Shown piece by piece: positions 20,517 to 30,089 of a DNA stretch of 64,000 bases. The notes under the pieces were generated by a model. It made no database searches and was not told the origin of the DNA. It saw only the letters and a program-made list of their open reading frames with translations. Source of the stretch: Candidatus Latescibacterota bacterium (GTDB lineage: Bacteria > Latescibacterota > UBA2968 > UBA8231); the NCBI GenBank assembly GCA_965242865.1, contig CBDETK010000013.1, positions 3,392,001 through 3,456,000 of the forward strand, given 5' to 3'. The position numbers were made by a program, and so were the translations under genes. Numbering within the stretch: position 1 is the first letter of the stretch; every line of letters begins with the position of its first letter.

Positions 20517-20554
20517 GTTGACGCGCTTGGCGGGCGAGATGACCGCCGAATAAA
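20515..20554 (+). repeat. 40-bp imperfect direct repeat of the Rpn gene 3' end (second copy at 21581-21620)
   Basis: GAGTTGACGCGCTTGGCGGGCGAGATGACCGCCGAATAAA vs GAGTTCACGCGCTTGTTGGACGAGATGACCGCCGAATAAA, 36/40 identical. Confidence 0.85.
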
Positions 20555-20650
20555 ATGGCTAGCCGCGCGTGAAGCGGCGATGTCCTTTGTCTTGGGACGC
20601 CCAGCGGATATATTTCTCTCCAACCGATTCCCCTTAGACGAAAGGCACCG

Positions 20651-21619
20651 ATGGCCGAATTCGATAGTGTACCCAAATCGCTTTTGAACGCCCATCCGCA
20701 AGGGTTTTTGGCCTTTCTCTTGGGGCACTCAACAGGGCAGTGGATCGAGACGCTCAACCCGGAGCAACCCACCGTCAAGACCCAGATGATGGACAGCTTG
20801 CTTCGCGTCCGGCTCGACGGCAAGGAAGCGTTAGTTCACTGCGAGTTTCAAACCACCGACAGCACTCAGACGCCCATGCCCCAGCGGATGGCTGGCTACA
20901 TGGGACGCTGCATTGCCGAGCATGGCTTGCCCCTGTTGTCTTATGTGCTCTACTTGCGTCCTGACGCTGGCCGGCGCGACCCGGGAGAGTACGTGCAGGA
21001 CATCGTCGGCCATGAGGTGGTGCTGCGCTACAAGGTGCTGCGGTTGAGCGCGTTGGATGGGGTGGCGTATTTGTCGTCGGGCAATGTGGGGGCGCTGCCG
21101 TTTACGCCGCTGATGGGTCGTCCGTCGGGGGTGGGGGTGGAAGCGTGGTTGGGTCGGTGTGTGGCGGCGACCGAGGGGTTGGAGGTGTCGCGTGAAGTTA
21201 AGCACAGCGTGTTGGCGCACATGGGGGTGTTGAGTTCGTTGGTGTGCGAGGAGTCAACCATTTTTTCTTTCATCTCGGAGGATATTATGACAGAGTTTCC
21301 GATGTTTGAGTGGGTGCGCAAGCGCACGTTGGAGCAGGGGTTGAAGCAAGGGATCGAGCAAGGGATCGAGCAAGGGATCGAGCAAGGGATCGAGCAAGGG
21401 ATCGAGCAAGGGATCGAGCAAGGGATCGAGCAGGGGATTCGGCAAAGTATCCAAGAAGCCTTGACGATTCGATTTTCGGAGGATGCCGCGCAGGCGGTGG
21501 CCGACCGCTTGGCGGCGATTGAGCAGGAGGATCAACTGCAAGCCTTGCTGCGCACAGCCATACAGGAGGACCAACTGGCCGAGTTCACGCGCTTGTTGGA
21601 CGAGATGACCGCCGAATAA
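20651..21619 (+). CDS. Rpn/YhgA-like PD-(D/E)XK nuclease (putative transposase)
   Basis: MDSLL..LVHCEFQT, RMAGY, VLYL; C-terminal GIEQ 12-bp repeats and DUF4351-like tail. Confidence 0.85.
   Translation: MAEFDSVPKSLLNAHPQGFLAFLLGHSTGQWIETLNPEQPTVKTQMMDSLLRVRLDGKEALVHCEFQTTDSTQTPMPQRMAGYMGRCIAEHGLPLLSYVLYLRPDAGRRDPGEYVQDIVGHEVVLRYKVLRLSALDGVAYLSSGNVGALPFTPLMGRPSGVGVEAWLGRCVAATEGLEVSREVKHSVLAHMGVLSSLVCEESTIFSFISEDIMTEFPMFEWVRKRTLEQGLKQGIEQGIEQGIEQGIEQGIEQGIEQGIEQGIRQSIQEALTIRFSEDAAQAVADRLAAIEQEDQLQALLRTAIQEDQLAEFTRLLDEMTAE
21287..21619 (+). CDS. Candidate internally translated small Rpn (RpnS-like antitoxin), 110 aa
   Basis: GGAGGA at 21277-21282 precedes an in-frame ATG at 21287, after an AT-rich patch. 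Confidence 0.55.
   Translation: MTEFPMFEWVRKRTLEQGLKQGIEQGIEQGIEQGIEQGIEQGIEQGIEQGIRQSIQEALTIRFSEDAAQAVADRLAAIEQEDQLQALLRTAIQEDQLAEFTRLLDEMTAE
21349..21439 (+). repeat. 12-bp coding VNTR (GGGATCGAGCAA, Gly-Ile-Glu-Gln)
   Basis: About seven tandem units within the Rpn gene. Confidence 0.9.
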
Positions 21620-21620
21620 A

Positions 21621-23315
21621 GTGCGCTCGGCCTTTCCCTTGCTCCGCCTCGCGCTAGCACTCGGCGCGGCCGCGCTCGGCACGTTGCTCTTGCCTGATCG
21701 AGGCGCGACGAGCGGGCTGAGCCTTTTTCCGCCGGCCACGGCCATCCTCGTCGCCATCGCCACGGGCCGCCTAATTTTGGGACTAGGGCTGGCCATCGTC
21801 GGCGGGGCGCTCGTTTCCCTGCCAGCCGACGTCCCGCTCTACGCGCTCCCGTTCCGCAGCGTAGAGAAAGCCCTCCTGAGTTTTGTCTGGCCGCCGTTGC
21901 GCGACTCCTTCCAACTCTTCATCCTCGGCTTTACGGCCGCACTAATCGGCATGATCCGCGTCATCTCGCTGGCCGGCGGCACCCGCGGCATCGCCGAGCT
22001 GTTGGTCGCCCGAGCCGCCGGGGTGCGCTCGGCCCGGTTGGCCACCGCGCTCTTGGGGCTGGCCGTTTTCTTCGACGACTACGCCAACACACTCGTCGTC
22101 GGCACCACCATGCGCCCCATTGCCGATGGCTTCCGCATCTCGCGCGAAAAACTGGCCTTTCTGGTCGATTCCACCGCCGCCCCCGTGGCCGGTATCGCCG
22201 TTATCAGCACTTGGATCGGCTTTGAGGTGGGCCTGTTCGACAGCGCGATGGAGCAAGTCGGCGCGGGGATCTCTGGGTACGAACTGTTCTTCCGCGCCCT
22301 GCCAGCCCGCTTCTACTGCCTGCTAACCCTTGCCTTCGTGCTGTGCTCAACCGTGGCTGGCCGCGATTTCGGCCCCATGCTCAAAGCCGAGCGCCGCGCC
22401 CGCCAAACCGGCCAAGTCATCGCGCCGGGCGACCGCCCGATGACCGGGGACGCATCCGAACTCCCCGAGCACCCCGGCCTCCGCGCCCATTGGGCCGTGG
22501 CCGCAAGCCCCGTCCTTCTCGTCGTCGCCGGCGTACTCGGGGGAATGCACCTAGACGCCAGCCAAGCACCGGCCGTGGTGGCCGCCCGCGCCGACCACGG
22601 CTTTTTCGCCCGGCTCTACTGGATCCAAGTGTTCTCCCACGCCGACAGCGCCAAAGTGATGTTCCTATCCGCCCTCGCCGGTTCGGCCCTCGCCGTGGTC
22701 TTAGCCCTGACCCGCCGCGAAAAAGCAAGCCCAAGACGCCCTCTCGGCCTAGCGGAAGTAGGCAAAACATACATGAGCGGCATTACGGGCTTTTCTTATG
22801 CGCTGGTGATATTGATCTTGGCGTGGGCACTCAAGGAAACCTGCGAGGCGGTCGAGACTTCGGCCTATATCGTCGGGGCGCTTTCCGGCTTCCTCAACCC
22901 GCACTTTTTCCCCCTCCTCGTCTTCCTGCTGGCCGCGGTGGTCGCCTTCTCCATCGGCACCTCGTGGACGACGATGGCCGTCCTCCTGCCGACCCTGATC
23001 CCCGTAGCCTACGACCTAGGCGGTCTGCCGCTGACGGTCCTCGCGGCGGCCGCGGTATTGGACGGCGCGATCTTCGGCGACCATTGCTCGCCGATCAGCG
23101 ATACCACCGTCCTCTCCAGCATTGCCGCGGCCTGCGACCACTTAGCCCACGTGCGCACCCAGATACCCTACGCCCTGACGACGATGGCGATCGCCGGGCT
23201 GTGCGGCTACTTGGGCAGCACCCTGCTGTGGTCGCCGACTACGGGCTTGGCCGTGGGGCTGTGCTTAATTGTCGTGGTGATTTTTGTCGTGGGAAGAAAA
23301 ACGGACGCCGATTGA
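21621..23315 (+). CDS. Na+/H+ antiporter NhaC-family protein
   Basis: FFDDYAN, DSTAAP, GTSW, GAIFGDHCSPISDTT, HVRTQIPY. Confidence 0.9.
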   Translation: MRSAFPLLRLALALGAAALGTLLLPDRGATSGLSLFPPATAILVAIATGRLILGLGLAIVGGALVSLPADVPLYALPFRSVEKALLSFVWPPLRDSFQLFILGFTAALIGMIRVISLAGGTRGIAELLVARAAGVRSARLATALLGLAVFFDDYANTLVVGTTMRPIADGFRISREKLAFLVDSTAAPVAGIAVISTWIGFEVGLFDSAMEQVGAGISGYELFFRALPARFYCLLTLAFVLCSTVAGRDFGPMLKAERRARQTGQVIAPGDRPMTGDASELPEHPGLRAHWAVAASPVLLVVAGVLGGMHLDASQAPAVVAARADHGFFARLYWIQVFSHADSAKVMFLSALAGSALAVVLALTRREKASPRRPLGLAEVGKTYMSGITGFSYALVILILAWALKETCEAVETSAYIVGALSGFLNPHFFPLLVFLLAAVVAFSIGTSWTTMAVLLPTLIPVAYDLGGLPLTVLAAAAVLDGAIFGDHCSPISDTTVLSSIAAACDHLAHVRTQIPYALTTMAIAGLCGYLGSTLLWSPTTGLAVGLCLIVVVIFVVGRKTDAD

Positions 23316-23316
23316 G

Positions 23317-23817
23317 CTACCACCCGGCCGTCGTCCGGTCCACCAATTCCTCTAGCACCATGTTCAGGGCCCGCTCCACCGCCGGCTCCCGCCCCGCTTC
23401 CTCTTCCAATGCGGCATCGTACGTTCCCCATCCTTCGAGCTCGGCCAACGCCAACAACACCTCCCCATCCTCCACCCGCACCAGCTCGGCCGCCACCAAG
23501 ACCGCAAACCGATACTGCTCGGTCTGCTCGGCCGTCGTATAGGTGTGGGGGCGGTCCTCGATTGAGAGCACGTTGAGTTGCAACAGGGCATCGGCGCTCT
23601 CTTCATCTACTACCCGCAACTGGCCGTCTTCGCCATAGACATCGATGGCGCGTTCGGTCAGGAGCTCGGCCACGGCAAACTCCGAGGTCTGGTTGTCGGC
23701 CACCGGGATGCCAATGCTGCGGATGCCGCCCAGCAAGCCGCCGGAAGTCGAGTAATAAGCGCATCCCCCGATGCAGAGGGCAACGAGCGCGGCTCTAATC
23801 GGCGGGATCGCGCTCAT
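23317..23817 (-). CDS. LptE-like lipoprotein
   Basis: Signal with IGGC lipobox from ATG 23817; SIGIPVADNQTSE, ADALLQ, C-terminal W. Confidence 0.7.
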   Translation of the reverse strand: MSAIPPIRAALVALCIGGCAYYSTSGGLLGGIRSIGIPVADNQTSEFAVAELLTERAIDVYGEDGQLRVVDEESADALLQLNVLSIEDRPHTYTTAEQTEQYRFAVLVAAELVRVEDGEVLLALAELEGWGTYDAALEEEAGREPAVERALNMVLEELVDRTTAGW

Positions 23818-24253
23818 CGTCCTCGGCCGCGTCGGCCGCGGCCAGCGACCGCGCTCCATCGCCCACGGCAATGGGCTGATTTTGCGGCCGTCCCCGGACA
23901 TCGGTCCCCCGCACCTCCAGCTTTTGCCACTGCTCTTGGCCTGAGCCGCGAGCCACCGAGTGCTCAACCATCACCGCGCTCAAGGGCCGAGTATCGCCGA
24001 CCACCGGGGGATCGCCGACCACCGGAGCGCGCACCGTACACAGACGTTCCTGCACGTGGGTGGCTACTACGCGCGCCTTAACCACTTCCCAACGGCCCAG
24101 CGGCTGCCCGCTGTCGGGGTCCTCGATCTCGCCGTGCGGGGCGAAAATGGCAAAGGCCATGCCCTCTTGGACGCCCTGCTCGCTACCGATGTTGAGCACT
24201 AGGGTGGTGTCGTCGATAATGGCGGCGACCTTGCCTTCAATGGGGGTGCTCAT
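23795..24253 (-). CDS. Hypothetical protein (FlgT C-terminal-like beta domain)
   Basis: GKVAAI..LVLNIGSEQGVQEGMAF..EIEDPDSGQPLG; SD GAGGAG. Confidence 0.65.
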   Translation of the reverse strand: MSTPIEGKVAAIIDDTTLVLNIGSEQGVQEGMAFAIFAPHGEIEDPDSGQPLGRWEVVKARVVATHVQERLCTVRAPVVGDPPVVGDTRPLSAVMVEHSVARGSGQEQWQKLEVRGTDVRGRPQNQPIAVGDGARSLAAADAAEDDERDPAD

Positions 24254-24270
24254 GCGGGGGTGCTCCTCGT

Positions 24271-24308
24271 AAAAAAAGAGACCGGCCCGCGCTCGCCGGA
24301 CCGGTCTC
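24271..24308 (-). terminator. Rho-independent terminator after the M23 gene
   Basis: GAGACCGG/CCGGTCTC stem followed by T7 on the minus strand. Confidence 0.6.
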
Positions 24309-24331
24309 GCTGTGCCTAAGTGGAATTTAAT

Positions 24332-25342
24332 TCACTTGCCGGCGGCCCACCTATCGTCCTCGCTCTTGTCGAAGATGAAGTCTTCTGGATTTTTGTAGCC
24401 CCGGTGCTTGCTCAACTCGCGATCCCGCAAGCGCACCCCGTAGTGCAAGTGGGGGCCGGTTGAGCGGCCCGTGCTGCCCATCGTTCCGATCCGATCCCCG
24501 CGCTTGACCGGCTGGCCCTGCTCGACCAACACCTTGTCCAAGTGGCCGTATTCGGTCTGGTAGCCGCCGCGATGAGCATAAGGCTGGCCCTGCTCGTCGA
24601 ATTCCTTTTTCCGATGGTCGAGAATAATCGTGTTGCCGAGGTATTTATCCGTTCCGGCGTAGCTCACAAAGCCATCGGCCGTCGCGTAGATGGGCATTCC
24701 CTTGCGGCCGGCAAAATCGACGCCGCTGTGGAAGGCCCGCCGCCCGGTAAAGGGGTCAATGCGCCACCCAAAGGGCGACGACCGCCACGTCCGCCCCTCG
24801 TGAACCGGCGAAATCGTGGGCAAGTATTGGACGTTGGTCTCTTCAAATTTGCGCTCGATTTCCTCAAAGCTCTTTGCTTGCAGATTGGTCATCCGCTTGA
24901 GATAGTCGATGCGCACACTCAACTCGCGCATCCGCTGCTTTTGCGGCGGCAAGGCCGTGAACTCCTCGGACAAATCCTCCACGCCCCCGACGCCGCCCGG
25001 CTCTTGCTCCGCAGCGAGCGGTGCCATCTCGTGGTGAGCGCGCAATCGGTCTTCGGTGGCCTTGAGCTGGGCCATGGCCTCTCCGAGCTGCTGTACTTCC
25101 TCGCGGGTCTGCTCTAAGGTGTGAAGGAGGATTTTGTTTTCGTCCTGCAAGGCCAGCAGGGCCTTTTGCTCGCCCGTTTGATAAAGACCCTCGGTGTAGA
25201 TGTAGTACCCAAGCCCCCCCGCAAAACCAAGCCCCCCCAGCAGGATCAGCCCCAAGAGGCGAGGGAAAAAACCGCACTCGCGCATCCGACCGTCTTGGGA
25301 GGAAATGACGATAAAGGTACGGCGTTGGCCTAGTATGTTCAC
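24332..25342 (-). CDS. M23 family metallopeptidase with TM helix and coiled coil
   Basis: HSGVDF, YGHL, GSTGRSTGPHLHY. Confidence 0.92.
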   Translation of the reverse strand: MNILGQRRTFIVISSQDGRMRECGFFPRLLGLILLGGLGFAGGLGYYIYTEGLYQTGEQKALLALQDENKILLHTLEQTREEVQQLGEAMAQLKATEDRLRAHHEMAPLAAEQEPGGVGGVEDLSEEFTALPPQKQRMRELSVRIDYLKRMTNLQAKSFEEIERKFEETNVQYLPTISPVHEGRTWRSSPFGWRIDPFTGRRAFHSGVDFAGRKGMPIYATADGFVSYAGTDKYLGNTIILDHRKKEFDEQGQPYAHRGGYQTEYGHLDKVLVEQGQPVKRGDRIGTMGSTGRSTGPHLHYGVRLRDRELSKHRGYKNPEDFIFDKSEDDRWAAGK

Positions 25343-25476
25343 AATGATTCCCTGTCTGCTAGTCTGCTAGCAACTGTTTGAGGCGTCCGGTAGATACTGT
25401 ATTATTGGATATTGGTTGACTTGAGTTTACCTAAGATATAGACGCCGCAACAGAAGGTCAATCGCCAAATTTCTCC

Positions 25477-26220
25477 ATGCTCTTGGCCATCGACATCGGC
25501 AACACCTGCATCGACATCGGGCTTTTGGCCGGCGACGACCCGGTCTTTCGCTACAAATGCGCCACGGCTGCTCCGGCCGATGTCGGCTTACAACGCCTGC
25601 TCGCCTTGCTCGACGCGCCCCCGCTCGGCGCGGTCGTTGGGTCGGTCGTCGCGGAACTGGGGGCTGCGTACGCCGAGGCGTGTCGCGCCCTTGCGGCCGG
25701 CCCGGTTCTCCAAGCGAGCAGCGCGTGGGATTGGGGCCTGCACATCGCCTACGACGACCCCGCTCAGCTCGGCGTTGATCGCCTCGCCGCGGCCGCGGCC
25801 GCCCATCGCACCGCTCCGGGCGCGGCCGTAGTCGTCGATGCCGGCACCGCGCTCACGGTCGATGCCATTGACGCCGAGGGCACCTTCCGCGGCGGCGCGA
25901 TGGCCCCGGGATTGCGCCTCGGATTAAACGCCCTCAGCGCGGGCACCAGCCTGTTGCCGCAAGTTGAGTTCGCGGGGGTGCCGCCCCTGCTGGGCCGGAA
26001 CACGGCGGATGGCTTGCGCTCGGGGGCCTTGCACGGATCGGCCGCTCTCGTCGAGGGCCTTTGCTCGCGCATGGCTGCGGCCTTAGACAGCCGCGTCACA
26101 GTCTTTCTCACCGGGGGCGACGGCCCCCTGCTCCAGCCGCACATCGCCGCGATCCACACCTGCGATCCAGACCTCGTACTCCGCGGCTTGGCCCTCGCGT
26201 ACAGGCGGCGCACTGCTTGA
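25477..26220 (+). CDS. coaX: Type III pantothenate kinase
   Basis: IDIGNT, LGVDR, VDAGTALTVD, TGGD, LVLRGL. Confidence 0.93.
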   Translation: MLLAIDIGNTCIDIGLLAGDDPVFRYKCATAAPADVGLQRLLALLDAPPLGAVVGSVVAELGAAYAEACRALAAGPVLQASSAWDWGLHIAYDDPAQLGVDRLAAAAAAHRTAPGAAVVVDAGTALTVDAIDAEGTFRGGAMAPGLRLGLNALSAGTSLLPQVEFAGVPPLLGRNTADGLRSGALHGSAALVEGLCSRMAAALDSRVTVFLTGGDGPLLQPHIAAIHTCDPDLVLRGLALAYRRRTA

Positions 26221-26286
26221 CGCGATACCAGCACGTCCATAGTATCCTTAAACAGCAACTCAGTCCCACAGACCAAGGAGTATCGC

Positions 26287-28164
26287 TTGTCCATTTTGCG
26301 CGTTTTGCTACTGCTCGCCCTCGTCGCGTCCACCTCCGAGTTGCGAGCCGAGCGCTCGGTTGAAGCCGAATACAAAGCCCTGTTGGTAAAGACGGCCCGG
26401 ATCGTTCATCAACACTACGTGGAAGAAGTGCATCCCGATTCCCTCGTGCAGGCGGCTGCGCGCGGGATATTCAACGCCTTAGATCCAGCCTCGGAATACA
26501 CGTTCAAGGCCCGCACCCCATTCGACGACGAGGGGGCCGCCAAGCGGCTAAACCACCGCCTCTACACCCTCATGCAGATGGCCCAAGCCATTGACGCGAA
26601 TTCCTTTTATCCGGTGGCCGCGGACACCCTAATCCGCTTTGGCATCGCCGGGATGATGGAGATTCTCGACCCCTACTCGGTGTTTTTGGAAAAGCGCAAC
26701 CTCGATAATTTTAACATCCAGACCCAAGGCAAATACGGAGGGCTGGGCTTTCGCATCCAAGTCGTCTATCCCGACAGCGCGATTGCCGTGTGGAACCTCC
26801 TGCACGACCAGACGCCCGCGGCCCTAGCCGGCGTCCAGTCGGGCGACCTGATCACCGCGATCAACAACACTTCCACCAAGGGCATGTCGGCCAGCGTGGC
26901 CGCCGACAGCATGCGCGGCCGGCCGGGCACCGCCGTGACCCTGACCCTCGCACGCGCCGATCGCCCCACTCCCTTCGATCTGACGATCGAACGCCAAGAA
27001 GTGCAGGTCAACAGCGTCTCCCTAGCCACCCTCTTTCCCGGCTACACCGGCTACATCAAGCTCGACAGCTTCCAAAAGGGGGCGAGCCGGGAAATGTTCA
27101 AGGCCATCGTCGAGCTAGAGGAACAAGGGATGCAGCGGCTGATCTTTGACCTGCGCAATAACGGCGGCGGGTATCTCGAAGAAGCCGTGCAGATCGCGGA
27201 CCTCTTCCTGCCCCGCGATCACCTCGTGGTTTTTACCGCGGGCCGCGCCTTCAAGGATACCTCCAAGTACTTCACCCGCGAGGACGCCCTGCTTGACGAC
27301 ACGCCCCTGATCGTCTTGGTCAATCGCCTGTCCGCTTCGGCGTCCGAGATCGTCGCCGGGGCCATCCAAGACTGGGACCGCGGGCTGGTGCTGGGGACTA
27401 CGACCGTGGGCAAAGGCTCGGTGCAGCAGGTCGTCCCCATCGACGACCGCGCCGAGCTCAAGTTGACCATGGCCGCTTGGCACACGCCTTCGGGCCGCTC
27501 CATTGACAAGCGCATGCGCAAGGACTCCACCCTCGTCCGCGGCCACGACGAGGAGTTCAAAACCCTCCGGCTCGAGCGCATCGTCCGCGGCCGTGGCGGC
27601 GTCGCCCCAGACATTGAGGTGCTCGGGCGCAGCGGCAGCCGCCTCTACGGGCAGCTCAGAGGCTTCTACAACCTCAACAACCAATTCTTCTACTACGCCC
27701 GCGCGCATCGGCTCAACTACCCCAACCTAACGCCCGACTTCGTCGTCGGCCCAGCGGACTTGGCGGCCTTTCGCGCCTTTGCCGAACACCGCGGGTTCAA
27801 CTACGTCAGCGAGCTCGAAGCCCAAGTCGAGGAATTGGACGAGATCGCCGAAGACGACGAGGAGTACAACCAACTCGCCCAGCCGCTCAGCCACCTGATC
27901 GACGAAATCGACAAGATCGAGGAAAAGCACTGGCAGGAAAACGAAGAGCGCATCGCTTGGCAGCTCACCTTCGACATCCTCGAAAAAGCATTCGGGTTGC
28001 CAGCGGCCGAAGCGTACAACGTCACCGTGGATCCCCAAGTGCTAGCGGCGCGCCGCATCATCGACGACCCGGACGAGTACCAGACGTGGTTCGCCAAAGA
28101 GGAAATAGGCGTGCGCGAAGAGGACTCCATCGCCCAAGAAGGCAGCAGCGGTGATCTCCAATAG
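26287..28164 (+). CDS. S41 carboxy-terminal processing protease with PDZ domain
   Basis: GGLG, DLRNNGGG, SASASEIVAGA, GKGSVQ, TPSGRSI. Confidence 0.92.
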   Translation: MSILRVLLLLALVASTSELRAERSVEAEYKALLVKTARIVHQHYVEEVHPDSLVQAAARGIFNALDPASEYTFKARTPFDDEGAAKRLNHRLYTLMQMAQAIDANSFYPVAADTLIRFGIAGMMEILDPYSVFLEKRNLDNFNIQTQGKYGGLGFRIQVVYPDSAIAVWNLLHDQTPAALAGVQSGDLITAINNTSTKGMSASVAADSMRGRPGTAVTLTLARADRPTPFDLTIERQEVQVNSVSLATLFPGYTGYIKLDSFQKGASREMFKAIVELEEQGMQRLIFDLRNNGGGYLEEAVQIADLFLPRDHLVVFTAGRAFKDTSKYFTREDALLDDTPLIVLVNRLSASASEIVAGAIQDWDRGLVLGTTTVGKGSVQQVVPIDDRAELKLTMAAWHTPSGRSIDKRMRKDSTLVRGHDEEFKTLRLERIVRGRGGVAPDIEVLGRSGSRLYGQLRGFYNLNNQFFYYARAHRLNYPNLTPDFVVGPADLAAFRAFAEHRGFNYVSELEAQVEELDEIAEDDEEYNQLAQPLSHLIDEIDKIEEKHWQENEERIAWQLTFDILEKAFGLPAAEAYNVTVDPQVLAARRIIDDPDEYQTWFAKEEIGVREEDSIAQEGSSGDLQ

Positions 28165-28170
28165 GAGTTT

Positions 28171-28478
28171 GTGGACTTTGAGGTGATTTCACGCCAACTG
28201 GACCTGATCATCAAGCTGCTCAGGGTGCAAGTCAAGATGAACATGATGAGCACTCTCATGGAGCACGAAGATCGGGTTCCCCCGAAGACATGGAGAAGGA
28301 ACAGGCGGACCTCGTAACGTTGATCAACAGCTATGACGACGCGCACGAGATTTACCGCGAGAAGACCAAAGGAATGTTCCTGGATGACAAAGAGGACTCT
28401 CCTGAGCCGCCGGTTATTGGCAGTGAGGGCTTTAAGCAGCTTTTTAGCCCTTCCGGTGGGAGAACCTCTCCCCCATAG
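28171..28478 (+). pseudogene. Small hypothetical gene split by a frameshift at a C5 run
   Basis: SD AGGAG + GTG 28171 gives MDFEVISRQLDLIIKLL..EDRVP; continues in another frame as EDMEKEQADLVTLINSY.. to stop 28478. Confidence 0.5.
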
Positions 28479-28563
28479 TCGGCGGAGCGACACCCCCAAC
28501 GGCACGGCGGAGGCAGCTCGGCTTGCGTCCGTGCCTTGGGGTAATCACAACGAACAGGCCGAG

Positions 28564-29456
28564 ATGAATTGAGTTGAACTGTTTTGCCCTGTCGATGATT
28601 TTTGCCCAGGCTTTGAGCCCTCGTGGATACGCACCCCATTCACGGCGGGACGGCGTCAGCGTCGGCGGGCGGGTTCCCTTTGTTTGAGCGAGATCATGAC
28701 CTTGTTGATTTGGTTTCACCCGTCTCAGTATCGCACGTTCAAGGCGTTCTACCAGCAGCAGGTCTGTCGGCCTCTACGCGGGGCGTTTCCGGGGTTAGTC
28801 CGCTATGGGCGTTTTGTCGAGTTAATGCCTTCGGCTCTTATTCCGTTAGGCGTCTATCTGCGTCCATGCCAAGGCTCCTGCACGGGGATTTCGTTTATCG
28901 ACTCCACGCCGTTGGAGGTCTATGCGGCAGCGCGCCAGCACCAGCACCGTCTGTTTGCCGGCCTTGCCCAATGGGGCAAACGCTCGACCGGGTGGTTTTT
29001 CGGCTTCAAGCTCCATCTGGTCTGTAATGATCAAGGCCAAGTGCTCAACTGGGGGCTGACCCCCGGCAACGTCGATGATCGCCGACCCGTGGTCGGCTTG
29101 GTGCGCGACCTGTTTGGCACGTTGGTCGCCGACCGAGGGTATATTTCCAGTACGCTAGGCCACCAACTGAACGCACAGAGCACTCTCCGCTTGAGTACCA
29201 AGCCCCGATCCAACATGAAAAAGCACCCCCTGTCCCGCGCAGACCAACGCCTGCTACATAAACGAACCCTCATCGAAACCATCATCAACCAACTCAACAA
29301 TATCGCCCAGATTGAGCATACCAGACATCGAAGCCCAATCAATTTTATGGTCCATCTCATCAGCGGATTAATTGCCTATGCCCACCAACCCAAAAAACCT
29401 ACCTTAAAAACCAACGGGCCCAGCCAAGCAGAGGCCGGTTAACCCGAACTCACGTT
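28564..29456 (+). mobile_element. IS982-family transposase, inactivated by TGA at codon 3, with right terminal repeat
   Basis: ATG AAT TGA then ELFCPVDDFC, SEIMT, FIDSTPL, GWFFGFKLHL, ADRGYIS, IETIINQL, HTRHRS; right end ACCCGAACTCACGTT; no matching left end seen. Confidence 0.88.
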
Positions 29457-30031
29457 CCTTTAGGGAGGACTTCAGCGATGACGTGTCTTGGGACAAAAGA
29501 GGGTCTGGAACTTGGCGAGTACAAGGAGGGAGGCTAATTGGACGGGGTAGTGATGACAACTTCTTGACGAGTTTGACCACAGACAAAATTTTCGACTATG
29601 GGGAACCACTCTACAACTTTGGGGGACCACTCTACGTCTCAGTCACGACCCAATGGCTTCGTGGTGTTAAGAACTATGGGTACGGTATCACCTTTTATCG
29701 TAAGGTGAACAATTTCTCTGGGGACAGTTTCTACGGATTTCGCATAAGTGCCAATGAGCGTAGCGTTTTGCATTAAGCCGATGGGATAGCGGGGGTTCCC
29801 CCATATCACTGGTTTATTGGACTTATAGCTCGTCCATCAATGGAGAGGGAACCAATACGTTAAGTGTTCTTATTGAAGATAGCTGGATAGAGGCATCCAT
29901 CAATGGAACTCTCGTCGCTACGGTCTTTGACGACACTTACACCGAAGGGAGGAGTAGGTCTCACGATAGGTGGCGACCAAGAAGTGGCCTTCGACAATCT
30001 GACCGTAGGAGCGATCACTCCGTTGGATTGA
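29457..30031 (+). pseudogene. Decayed DUF1080/lectin-like beta-sandwich gene truncated by IS982
   Basis: GTWRVQGGRL, YGYGITF, INGTLVATVFDDTYTEG, VGLTIGG, VAFDNLTV spread over frames with stops. Confidence 0.55.
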
Positions 30032-30089
30032 GCAATGCCGTTTGGAATAGTGCTCTTGGGAGCGAGGGCATCTCGCCCTCGTCTAAGGC

